Shown in pieces: positions 36,955 through 48,123 of a DNA stretch of 64,000 nt. Source of the DNA: Mobula hypostoma (lineage: Eukaryota); assembly GCF_963921235.1 (NCBI RefSeq), contig NC_086097.1, forward strand, positions 210,616,001 to 210,680,000. The letters run 5' to 3'. The notes beneath the pieces were generated by a model. That model ran no database searches, was not told the DNA's origin, and saw only the letters and a list, made by a program, of their open reading frames with translations. A program made the position numbers and the translations under genes. Position 1 is the stretch's first letter; every line of letters begins with the position of its first letter.

Positions 36955-39900
36955 AGTTTCGAGGTAATTATGGAAAATTGTAAGTCTGATCCTTGGGTTG
37001 AGATTCTAAATTGGAAAAAGGCCATTTTTGATGGCATCAGAAAGGATCTGGCAAGTGTGGATTGGAATAGGTTGTTTTCTGGCAATGGTGTACTTGGAAA
37101 GTGGGTGGCCTTCAAAGTGAAATTTTGAGAGTACCGAGTTTGTAATATGATCCTGTCAGACTAAAAGGCAAGGATAACAGATTTAGGAATCTTGGTTTTT
37201 GAGAGATATTGAGGCTCTGGTAAAGAAAAAGAAGGAGGTACATAGCGGGTATAGCAAAAGAAGGACAAATGATGCATTGAGGAGTACAAGAAATGCAAGA
37301 GAACACTTAAGAAGGAAATCAGGAGGGCTAAAAGAAGGCATGGGGTTGTTCTAGCAGACAAGGTGAAAGGAGAATCCTTAGGGCTTCTGCAGATATATTA
37401 AGAGCAAAAGGAGAGCAAGGGACGACATTGGTTCTCAAGAAGATCGGAGTGGTCATCTATGCATGGAGGTAAAAGAGATTGGGGAGATCTTAAATGGATT
37501 GTTTGTATCTGTATTGAGTGATGAATACGGAGTTGATAGAAATGAGGCAAAGCAGCAGCATGGTCCTGGACCCTATCCAGTTTGCAGAGGAGGTGATGTT
37601 TGCTGTCTTGAGGCAAATTTAGGAGAATAAATCCCCAAGACCTACCAAGGTGTTCCCTCAGACCCCATGGGAGGCTAGTGCAGAAATTGCAGGAGCCGAA
37701 GCAGAGATATACAAAGCATCCTTGGTGACAGGTGAGGTACTTGAGGATTGGAGGGTAACTAATGTTGTACTCTTGTTTAAGAAAAGCTGTAAGAATAAAC
37801 AAGGAAATTATTGGCTGGTGATCCTGACAACAGTAGTGGTAACGTTACTGGGAGGTACTCTAAGGTACCGGATATATAAGTATTTGGATAGACAGCGACT
37901 GATTAGGGATAGTCAACATGGCTTTGTGTGTGGTGGGTCATGTCATGTGCCCTGCGGACCTATGCACCTGTATTTAACTGTTGTCTTATCTAGAATCGTT
38001 AAGCCATTGTGCTTTCTTTTTCGTATTGTCAAGTTTATTTTGACTGACATGGGGTTTCAACTCAATTAGTGCGGATCACAGGATCCCTGTGTGTTTCGAG
38101 AATGATTCATCTTCTGGTGTCGCTTGGTGAAGCCACTGATGTTCAGTTGGAATTCCTGTGAATAAACTCTTGTTTCTGTGTCAACATGAGAGTCTGTTGT
38201 TCCTTCTCACCTGGTTCAATTGTCCGTCAGCACACACCATGATAGGTTGTGTCTAACCAATGTTATAAAGCTTTTCAAAGAGGTTACCAGGAAAGTGGTT
38301 GAAGTCAAGGCAGTGGATGTTGTCTACTTGGACTTTAGCAAGGCCTTTGACAAGTTCTGGCATGGTAGGTTGAAAGGAAGCTTCAGTCACTTGGCATTCA
38401 AGATGAGGTAGTAAATTGGATTAGACATTGGTTTTGCAGGAGAAGCCAGAGATTGCCTCTCTGGCTGGAGGCCTGTGACTAGTGGAATGCCGCAGGGATT
38501 GGTGCTGGATCCATTGTTGTCTAACATCTATATAGGACACAGCTCCCAGCCCTGGAGGACACTTACAGCTCTCGCTGCCTAAGGAAAGCTACAAGCATCT
38601 GTAAGGACAATACACACCCATGCAATCATTTGTTTGAACTTCTTCCATCTTGCAAACGTTATAAGATTTTCTATGCCCACACTTCCAGACTGAAAAATAG
38701 CTTTCTCCCCAGAGCTATAATTGCTCTGAACCAATTGATCAAGCATCATCCATAAATGTGTTATATTGCTACTTTAATACTGGTTTTATGGCTGTCATGC
38801 ATCTGAGTTGTGCTGTACTGCTGGACATTGCTTGTATTGACTGGTTACTTGATTTTATTTACTGTTTATTTATTTTATTTGTTGTTTTATAGCATTGAGC
38901 ACGAGAGTTGCAAACTCATTTTCGCTGTATTGGTGCATGACAAATTGTACTATGCAATGACAATAAAGATATTTCTTTCATTCATTCATTCATTCATATC
39001 AACGATCTGCATGATAATGTGATAAACTATCTAATCTGTGGATGACACCAAGATTAGGATAGTGGACAGTGAGAAAAACTATCAAATTTGTTTGCAGTGG
39101 GATCTAAACCAGCAGGAAAAATGGGCTGAAAAATGGCAGATGGAATTTAATGCATCAAGTGTGAAGTGAGGTTTTGCACCTTGCGAGAACCAACCAGTGT
39201 AGGTCTTACACGGTGAGTGGTGCAGCACTGAGCAGTGTGGTAGAACAGAGAGATCTGGGAATACAGGTCGATAATTCATTGAAAGTGGCACCACAGGTAT
39301 ATAGTGTCGTAAAGAAAGCTTTTGGCATATTGGCCTTCTTAGAGCAATGTATTGAGTACAGGGGTTGAGATATTATGTTGAAATTGTGTAAACAGTTGCT
39401 GAGGCCTAATTTGGAATATTGTGTGCAGCTTTGGTCACTTACCCACAGGAGAGATGTAAATACATAGAAAAAATGCAGAGAAAATTTACAAGGATGTTGC
39501 CAGGACTTGAGGACCTGAGTTATAGGGAAAGATTGAATAGGTTAGGACTTTATTCCCTAGAATGTAGAAGACTGGGGGAGGGAGATTTGATAGAAGTAAA
39601 GAAAATTATAATGTATATAAATAGGGCAAATGCAACCAGACTTTTTTCCACCGAGATTGGTTCAGACTAGAACTAGAAGTCATGAGTAAAGGTCGAAAGG
39701 ATGAAATATTTAAGGGGGACATGATGGGGAACTTCTTCAATCAGAGGATGGAAGAGTGTGGAACTAGCTGCTAACGCAAGTGGTGGATGCAGCTTCAATT
39801 ACAACATTTAAGAGAAATTTGCATAGGTACATGGATGGGATGTGTATGGAGATTTATGATCTGTGTATAGATCGATGGGACTAGACAGATTAATGGTTCA

Positions 39901-39962
39901 CTCTGGACTAGATGAGCCAAAGGGCTGTTTCTATGCTGTAATGTTCTATGACTATGACTATA
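36955..39962 (+). mobile_element. Old CR1 ORF2, decayed, with nested insertions
   Basis: EDWRVTNVV..SQHGFV, YLDFSKAFDK. (TATGAC)n tail. A Rex-type tail is nested at about 38535-38995. Confidence 0.85.
37941..38244 (+). mobile_element. Short solo LTR (304 bp)
   Basis: TGTCATG...CATGATA termini, AATAAA at 38161, 5-bp TSD GGTCA/GGTTG. CR1 resumes after it. Confidence 0.75.
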
Positions 39963-40905
39963 AAGAAGAGGTTGCTAATGTGAGATGAGAAACTAGAATG
40001 CTTGTCTCTCTGAAGTTGTTAAATTTGATATTCATTCCTAAAGTCTGTTGTCTGCTAAGCTAGTAGTTACAGTAAGCTTTGTTGGAACAGTATAAGAGGC
40101 TAAATACAAAGGGAAGAGAATAGGGGCAGAAGCAAATTAAAGAAACAAAATGGAGTTGTTTTGCAGAACAGTCATCCAATCTGCTGTTTGTTTCTTCATT
40201 GTTAAAGGACCATAAAATAATAGTGCAATACGGTTCACTAAATTGGAAGAATTACAAATGAATCAATTCTTGACCTAGGGAGAAAGTTTGATTCTCAGTT
40301 AGGAGAGAAGATGGGGTAAATGGTGCTGGGAGGCTGGGTATTGCCACAAGATATCCCACTCAGTACCTTCTGATCTTACTCACTCTGTAGTCAGCTGGTA
40401 TAAATGAAACATTTATAAGACCTTGATTAGTCCATATCTCTATTACTGCATTCAGTTCTGGTTGCTCCATTATAGGAAGAACAAAGGCTATGGAGACGAT
40501 GCAGAAATGATTTAACAGGATGTTGCCCGGGTTAGATGGTATGTCCTATAAGAAGAGTTTGGATATATTAGGGATGTTTTGTCTGGAGCAACAGAGGCTG
40601 AGGGGAGTCCTGATAGTATGAGGGGTGATTGATAAGTTTGTGGCCTAAGGTAAAAGGAGTCAATTTTAGAAAACCTAGCACATTTATTTTTCCTACTTTT
40701 ACACACTTAATCCAGTGGTCGTGGAGCATACGAATCCCTTCTTTGTAGAAGTCGGCATCCTGGACCTCCAGAAAGTGGCCCACAGCAGGGATGATTGATA
40801 AGTTCGTGGCTTAAGGTAGAAGGAAATGAGTTATTAACTTCAAACTTTCTCAATAATCGCTCAAAGAGTTGAACTGCACTTGCGTGTAACGAGAGCTGTA
40901 TAACT

Positions 40906-41199
40906 TCCCGTCCCATGATCCTCTCTCTTCTCCAGCCTGGTATCCCTTTTGCCAATCAACTTTCCAGCCATTAGATCCACCCCTCCCCTCCTGTCTTCTC
41001 CTATCATTTTGGATCTCCCCCTCCCCCTCCCACTTTCAAATCTCTTACTATCTCTTTTTTCAGTTAGTCCTGACGAAGGGTCTCAGCCCGAAACGTCGAA
41101 TGTACCTCTTCCTATAGATGCCGCCTGGCCTGCTGCGTTCACCAGCATTTTTTGTGTGTGTTGCTTGAATCTCCAGCATCTGCAGATTCCCTTGTGTCT
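40906..41199 (+). mobile_element. Penelope-like 3' fragment inside the MITE
   Basis: 11-bp TSD GCTGTATAACT at 40895-40905 and 41200-41210; shared PLE tail. Confidence 0.85.
41065..41102 (+). ncRNA. Minimal type I hammerhead ribozyme motif
   Basis: TAGTC-CTGACGA-A-GGG(TCTCAG)CCC-GAAA-C-GTC-GAATG: intact core boxes, helix II, palindromic ACGT for a dimeric helix III, one mismatch in helix I. Confidence 0.7.
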
Positions 41200-41751
41200 G
41201 CTGTATAACTCATCTCCTTCTACCATAGGCCACGAACTTATCAATCACCCCTGCTGTGGACCACTTTCTGGAGGTCCAAGACGCTGACGTCTACAAAGAA
41301 GTTGTATGCTCCACGACCGCTGGACTAAGTGTGTACATGTAGGAGGGGACTATGTTGAAAAATAAATGTGCTAGGTTTTCTAAAATTGACTCCTTCTACC
41401 TTAGGCCACAAACTTATCAATCACCCCTCATAATTTATAAAATCATGAAAGGCATAGATAGATTGCTAGAGTCTATTTCCCAGGGTTGAGCTGTCCAGTA
41501 TTAGAGGGCATGTATTTAAGGTGGGTGGGGGCAATTTCAAAGGAGATGCATAGGGCAATGTTTTAAAATTAAAGTGGTGATTTCCTGCAATGTACTGCTG
41601 GATTGTTGTGGAAGCAGATGCAATGAACACATTTAAGAGGCTCTTAGAGAGGAAACTGAACTGCAAAGATTGGAGGAATAAGGACCATGTGCACATTGAA
41701 GTGACAAGGTGTCATTAGCTTAATTAGTTGAACACATTGTAAGCTGAAAGG

Positions 41752-44700
41752 TTTGTACCTCCTATACCTAATAGTGGCCACTATGTGAATGTTTGTGATC
41801 TTTTGCTGCTGTAGCCCACCCACTTCAAGGTTTGACGTGTTGTATGTTCAGAAATGTTCTTCTGGACACCACTGTTGTAATGTGTGGTTATTCAAGTTTC
41901 AGTCACCTTCCTGTCAGCTTGAACCAGTCTGGCCATTCTCCTCTGACTTCTCTCATGAACAAGGCACACACAGAAATGGACTTCTATTTTCTATTTTTCA
42001 TAAACTCTAGAGGCTGTTATAGGTGAAAATAATTTGAAGTAGTGAGATAGAGAGAGAGATAGAAAAACTTCATTGCAACATGGGATTCATTTGAAAAGAA
42101 CAAGTCTTGTCAGGAGTGAGTCATAATTTGAAGTAGCCAGTGAGCGAGAGAGGGAGAGAGGGACATTGTTACAAGGTGGGAGCCACTTGAAAAGAACAAG
42201 TCTTGTCGGGGGTGAGTTCTTTAAGCAAATAAAAATAAAGGAGGAGTGGCCATTTTTGGAGTGGGCCATAATTAGAATGGGAGGCTTAGCTTAACAGGCT
42301 TGAGCAAGAATAGGCTTGGGCAAACACCGTCAGTGGTTCTAATTAAGCTTCTAGTAAGTGCATTTCTCTTTTTTTTTTGCCTATTAGTACATAATGTAAC
42401 TGCTGCACTGAGAATTCGTCCAGGCTTAGTAGTGTGTTCTTTGACTGAGGTGTAGGAACTCTGGGAGACCTCAAGTCTCTCTGACAACTACATCTGCATG
42501 AAATGCATTGAGCTACAGCTCCTTAGAGACCGTGTTAAGGAAATGAGCTGCAGCTTGATGACCTTCAGCTCATATGGAAGAATAAGGAGGAGGCAGACTA
42601 GAGCTACAGGGAGGTAGTCACCCCTAAGTTGCAGAAGGCAAGTACCTGCATGACCATCATGAGAGGGAAGGGAAATAAGGAGCCAGTGCAAAGTACTACT
42701 TTTGCTGTTCCACTCAGTGATGGGTAAACCAATTTGGATACTGTTGGAGGGGTGGGGAAACTACCTACCAAGGGGAAACTGCAGCAAACAGGTCTCCAGC
42801 ACTGAGTCTGGTTCTCTGGCTCAGAAGGGAAGAGGGGAGAAGAGGAGTGCAGTAGTGACAGTGGATTCCATAACTAGGGGAGCAGACCGCAGATTCTGTG
42901 GATATGAAAATGAAATCTGGATGCCATTTCGATTCCCAGATGCCAGGGTCAGGGATGTCTCAGATCAGTTCCACAGCATTCTAAATGGGAAGGGAGCAGC
43001 CAGAAGTTGTGGTACGCATTTGTACCAATAACATAGGTATGAAAAGGGAGGAGATCCTGAAGAGAGACTACAAAGAGTTTGGTAGAAAGCTGAGAAACAG
43101 GACCTCCAGAGAAGTAATCTTTGGATTGCTGCCTGTGACATGCAGGAGTGAGAGTAAGAATAGGAAAATTTGGCAGAAGAATGTGTGGCTGAGGAATTAG
43201 TGTAGGGGGCAGTGTTTCAGATTTCTGAATCATTGGATACTCCTCTGGAGAAGGGACGATCTGTACAAAAAGCACAAGTTACACGTGAACCTGAGGCAGA
43301 CCAATAACCTTGCAGGCCGGTTTGCAGGAGCTGTTTGGGAAGGTTGGGCAGGGGGATGGGAACAACACTGATAGAACAGAGGATCAGCCAAATGCCCTAA
43401 TTCCACTCCTATGTCGTATGGTGTTATTATGGTATTCTCACTAGTTTTTGCTATGGTATATCAGACACGAGCGGTGTGCTAGATGTTGTAGTGTGTGAAG
43501 GAAGAGAAGTGGGTGCAGTTACTATTACAAGGGAGAAGGTGCTCAAAAAGCTGAAAGACATAAGTGTACATAAGTCACCCGGACCAGATGAACCTTAGGG
43601 CTCTGAAAAAGGTAGCGTTGAAGATTGTGGTGGCATTAGCACTGATCTTTCAAAAAAATCATTGGATTCTGGCATGGTGCCAGAGGACTGGAAGATTACA
43701 AATGTCATTCCACTCTTTAAGAAAGGAGGAAGGCAGCAGAAAGGAAATTATAGACCAGCTAGTCTGATCTCAGTGGTTGGAAAGATGTTGGATTCAATTG
43801 TTAGGGATGAGGTTATGGACTACTTGGTGACACAGGACAAGATAGTACAAAGTCAGCATTGTTTCCCTAAGGGAAAAACTTGCCTGATAAACCTGTTGGA
43901 ATTCTTTGAGATGATTACACATCGGGTAGATAAAGGAGATGCAGTGGATGTTGTATATTTGGACTTTCAGAAGGCCTTTGACAAGGTGCCACTCATAAGG
44001 CTGCTTACCACGTTAAGAGCCCATGGTATTACAGGAAAGATACTAACATGGATAGAACATTGACTGATTGGTAGGATGCAGAGAGTAAAAATAAAAGGAT
44101 CCTTGCATGGTTAGCTGCCATGTTACACTTCAACTCTTCCCACTGACTGCAATTTTGTCCTTCCTCACAGCCTCACTACACACTGCATCTACCTGCATAC
44201 CAACTGCCCCATCTTTATTCCCACACTATCCTTCTGGTTTCCATCCCCTGCCAAATGAGTTTAAAGGATTAATTTAAAGGTAGAGGATTGTGAAGCTTTT
44301 AAAACCAACAGAAGGCAACTAAACATGCCATATAGAGTGAAAAGATTTGAATATAAGCTAGATAATAATATAAAAGAGCATACCAACAATATTTTCAATT
44401 ATATAAAGAGTAAAATAGAGGTGAGAGTGGAAATTGGACCACTGGAAAGTGACTCTGAAGAGGTAACAATGGGGGACAAAGAAAGGGCAGATGAACTTGA
44501 GTATTTTACATCAGCCTTCACTGTGCAAAACACCAGCAGTATGCCAGAAATTCAAGAATGTCAGGGGGCAGAAGTAAACACAATTACTGTCACTAGGGAG
44601 GAGGTGCTTGGGAAGCTGAAAGGTCTGAAGGTAGATACTAAGTCACTTGGACCAGATGGACTACACCCCAAGGTTCTAAAAGAGGTAGCTGTAGAGATTG

Positions 44701-45996
44701 AAAAGGCATTAGTAATAATCTTTCTGGAATCAATAGATTCTGGCATGGTTCCAGAGGACTAGAAAATTGTAAATTTCATTCCCCTCTTTAAGAAAGGGGG
44801 GAAGCAGAAGAAAGGAAACTCTAGGCCCGTTAGCCTGAGGAAGCAACCAGCAAGATAGACAAAGGAGAGCTAGTGGATGTTGTTTACTTGGATTTTCCGA
44901 AGGCCTTTGTCAAGCTGCCGCATGTGAAACTGCTTAACAAGATAAGAGCCCATGGTAATATAGGTGAGATACTAGCATGGATAGAAGATTCGCTGACTGG
45001 CAGGAATTAAAAGGGGGCCTTTAAAAGTGAAATTAAAGGGGGCCTTTTCTGGTTGGCTGTTCGTGACAGGCAGCGCTTCTTAGGGGTTGACGTTGGGACC
45101 GCTTGCAGGTTGTGTTGGTGGTAAAGAAGGCAGATGTAATTTATTTCAAGACAACTAGAATATAGGAGCAAGGATGAAATGCTAAGGCCTGATAAAGCAT
45201 TGATCAAACTGCACTTGGAGTATTGTAAGCAGTTTTTGGCTCCTTATCTAAGAAAATATAGGCTGGCATTGGAGAGGGTCCAATGATAAGAATGATTCCG
45301 GGAATGAAAGGTTTAACTTACGAGAGGTGTTTGATAGCTCTGGGCCTATTCTTGTTGAAGTTTTGAAGACTGAGGGGGGAGGGGCGGGGATCTCATTGAA
45401 GCCTATTGAATATTGAATGGCCTAGATAGACTGGATGTGGTGAGGACATTTCCTATAGTGGGTGAGTCTAGAAACAGAGAGCACAGCCTCAGAATAGAGC
45501 GATATCCATTTAGAACAGAGACAAGAAAGAATTTATTTAGCCAGAGGATAGTGAATCTATGGAATTCATTGTCACAGATAGCTGCGGAAGCCAAGTCATT
45601 GAGTATATTTAAAACAGAGTTTGATAGGTTCTTGATTAGTCAGGGTGTCAAAGATTATGGGGAGAAGACGGGAGAATAGGATTGAGAGGGATAATAAATC
45701 AGCCATGATGAAATGGTGGAGCAGACTTGATGGGCCAAAGGGACTAATTCTGCTCCTATATCTTATGGTCTTGTGGATATCACCAATTTTTGAAGTTCTC
45801 CAACCACCCCACTGACACCAACAATTATTCACCTGTCAGTGCCAGTTAGATTATATTTCTTCCCCACTCTGCTCTGAACCTCCTGACAATGTCTGCATGC
45901 TTTTGTGCATTGAGCTGTTGCCACTTGAGTGGCTGATTAGATATTTGCATTAATGAGCCTGTATACAGGTTTATCATAATGTGGTCACGGTGTGTA
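41752..45996 (+). mobile_element. Tc1-type non-autonomous DNA transposon split by CR1 material
   Basis: Left part (41752-42030) has TACCTAATAGTGGCCACT. Right part (45785-45996) ends in the related ATAATGTGGTCACGGTGTGTA. Recognised by resemblance to Tc1-type inverted-repeat ends. Confidence 0.5.
42030..45775 (+). mobile_element. CR1 mosaic: 5'UTR, ORF1 (zinc finger + esterase) and several ORF2 pieces to the 3' tail
   Basis: YICMKCIELQLLRDRV, VVVRICTNNI, YLDFQKAFDKVP. The RT N-terminal region is present twice. TCTTATGGTC tail. Confidence 0.8.
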
Positions 45997-46186
45997 TGTT
46001 CTAATTATTTCTCTTAAAAGATTTACCAAAGTGTAAGTATATGGGTTCTCTCAGTCTGCATCTTTCACATCAATATCTGTAAGTTCCTTGAATGTTACTC
46101 ATTTAGAATGTTACCAAACTTTCATTGAAACAAGAGGATCTTGAGAGAATCCATGATGCAGTCCTTCTGTAAAACAGCAATACATA

Positions 46187-46419
46187 AACTTTGCAACACA
46201 CATCAAAGTTGCTGGTGAACGCAGCAGGCCAGGCAGCATCTATAGGAAGAGGCGCAGTCGACGTTTCAGGCCGAGACCCTTCGTCCTGAAGGGTCTCGGC
46301 CTGAAACGTCGACTGCGCCTCTTCCTATAGATGCTGCCTGGCCTGCTGCGTTCACCAGCAACTTTGATGTGTGTTGCTTGAATTTCCAGCATCTGCAGAA
46401 TTCCTGTTGTTTGCGTTTA
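46187..46419 (+). mobile_element. Young Penelope-like insertion with inverted duplication
   Basis: Perfect inverted arms 46193-46282 and 46288-46377. TSD AATACATA at 46179-46186 and 46420-46427. Confidence 0.9.
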
Positions 46420-47699
46420 AATACATATACTTTACTTATTCTACCTTTAATATCTGGACAATCTTAAAAATTGTGCCTCAGTATACTGGAGAACACGTGA
46501 TCAACATCAGTACTTATATTCTAGGTACCAACACCTCAATTATTTGGTGACTGCAACTAATAACATACTGCTGATAAACATCAGCACTATGTAATGTTTA
46601 GTCTCCTTCCTTTCATGATCACATGTCTTCCTTTGACAAGTACAAACAACCAAAAGAAAGACACTTCTGCTCTATTTCACCTTGTTCCTTTGTTCTACCA
46701 ATGCTAATGCTTTTATACTGTTTTATTGGCCCTGCTGCTGACTGTTCAAATGTAGGATATGTATTGTCTGCTATTGCAGACTCACAGCAATTGTTCCAGA
46801 TTCTTGTGTTGTAATTACTTGGGTTTCATTGTCATGATACTGCTTGCTCTGGTCTAAAACTGGGATTTACTTCTCCTGAAAATGTATTGGTGGCAGAAAA
46901 CTGGAATATTGGTTGTTGATACTCAGTTGTGTAGGATTAATTTTCAAGTGAAAACCACAAATATTTGCAAAAAGATAAAAAAGATTCTTACTGCAGATGA
47001 CTGGGGTGAATTATAAATTAAATACTCTGCACCTTCAACTTTCCTGAAGTGAATATTTGCTGCAAAAACACATTGTTCTGTAAGTCTAAGAGATGTTGCA
47101 TGGTTTGTCATTAAATTATAAGTTAACCTTTGAATACAATAATCATTTAATACCTTCCAGTGTTGGTCCATAATTTCTCTTCACATATTTTCTTCGTGTA
47201 CTTAAACAGATGAAAATCTTATAAAGGTATTTCAATATTTGAAAGATTTTCATCTTGCTTATGCTTTTATATTGTTGTGCTCTTTAAATTTTATTTACAG
47301 GAATAATCACATAGGAAGCACTTGCATTTTATGGCGAAGGACCTCAGAAAAAAAGGTAGAAATTCACATTTTTGGAAAAGATGAAGGACCGTTTGAGGGT
47401 GGATCCTGTAATTTTGTGTGACATATTCTCCCACAGGTTACCAATGACAGATTAAGAACTGAATGTCCACAAATTAAGTTGGGTTTTTCATTGCTATGAA
47501 AGCCAAAATGCAGGCACATTTGTCAGATGACCTATTTGTGAGAAAGTGTTTGCTTTGAATTTGCTCAAGTTAGGTAATGAGGATATTAAACTCAAAGACT
47601 CATCAGAACTGATTTTGATGAACATTTTGGGCTGAATTATTACACTGCTTCGAGATTTAATGCAAGCTACTACCCCAAATTTCACTCAGCTCTATTTGA

Positions 47700-47952
47700 A
47701 TAACCAGTGGTTGCTTGAAAATATGATTTTTATTTCCAAAAAATGATCCATGAAGACCATGGAGCTCTTATTTCAAAGCTTCCTGGGCAAACCTCAAAAA
47801 AAAATCTGTTGACATTGTGACAGACATTGATGATAGTCTGCATTTTCCTGATGAATTTTTAAACTCTGTTACCATCTGGTTTGCCATCTTGAACTTAAAC
47901 AAAGAGCCTCAGTCATGCTACCGAGCAATTTGGATCCACCAGTACTATGCAA
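47700..47952 (+). mobile_element. Helitron PIF1-helicase relic
   Basis: SVDIVTDIDDSLHFPDEFLNS..PSGLP..LELKQRASVMLPSNLDPPVLC resembles the Helitron motif P.EFLNS..G.PPH.L.LK.G.P.MLLRNL...LCNG. Confidence 0.7.
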
Positions 47953-48123
47953 GAGCATGAGACATACCAGCTTCTCATTGGAGGAGATAGAGGAGGCTGA
48001 TGGTACACGATCAATCTTTGAGGAACAGCTCCTTCCTCCCTGCCATGGGATTTTTATATGGTCCATGAACCCAAGAACTCTACCTCACTATTTTGCACTA
48101 TTTTAAAAAAAATATTTCTTATT

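Larger units (their letters stand above)
40619..41430. mobile_element. Mariner-derived MITE (palindromic) in an old CR1 3' fragment
   Basis: TA TSDs. TIR TGAGGGGTGATTGATAAGTTTGTGGCCTAAGGTA. Both arms encode a mariner C-terminus (FYKEGIRMLHDHWIKCV; LHDRWTKCVHVGGDYVEK*). Confidence 0.9.

Noticed and set aside
47301..47355. Possible host exon (TTTACAG acceptor, AAG/GTAGAA donor)
   Set aside because: Weak donor, unrecognisable peptide, no partner exons.
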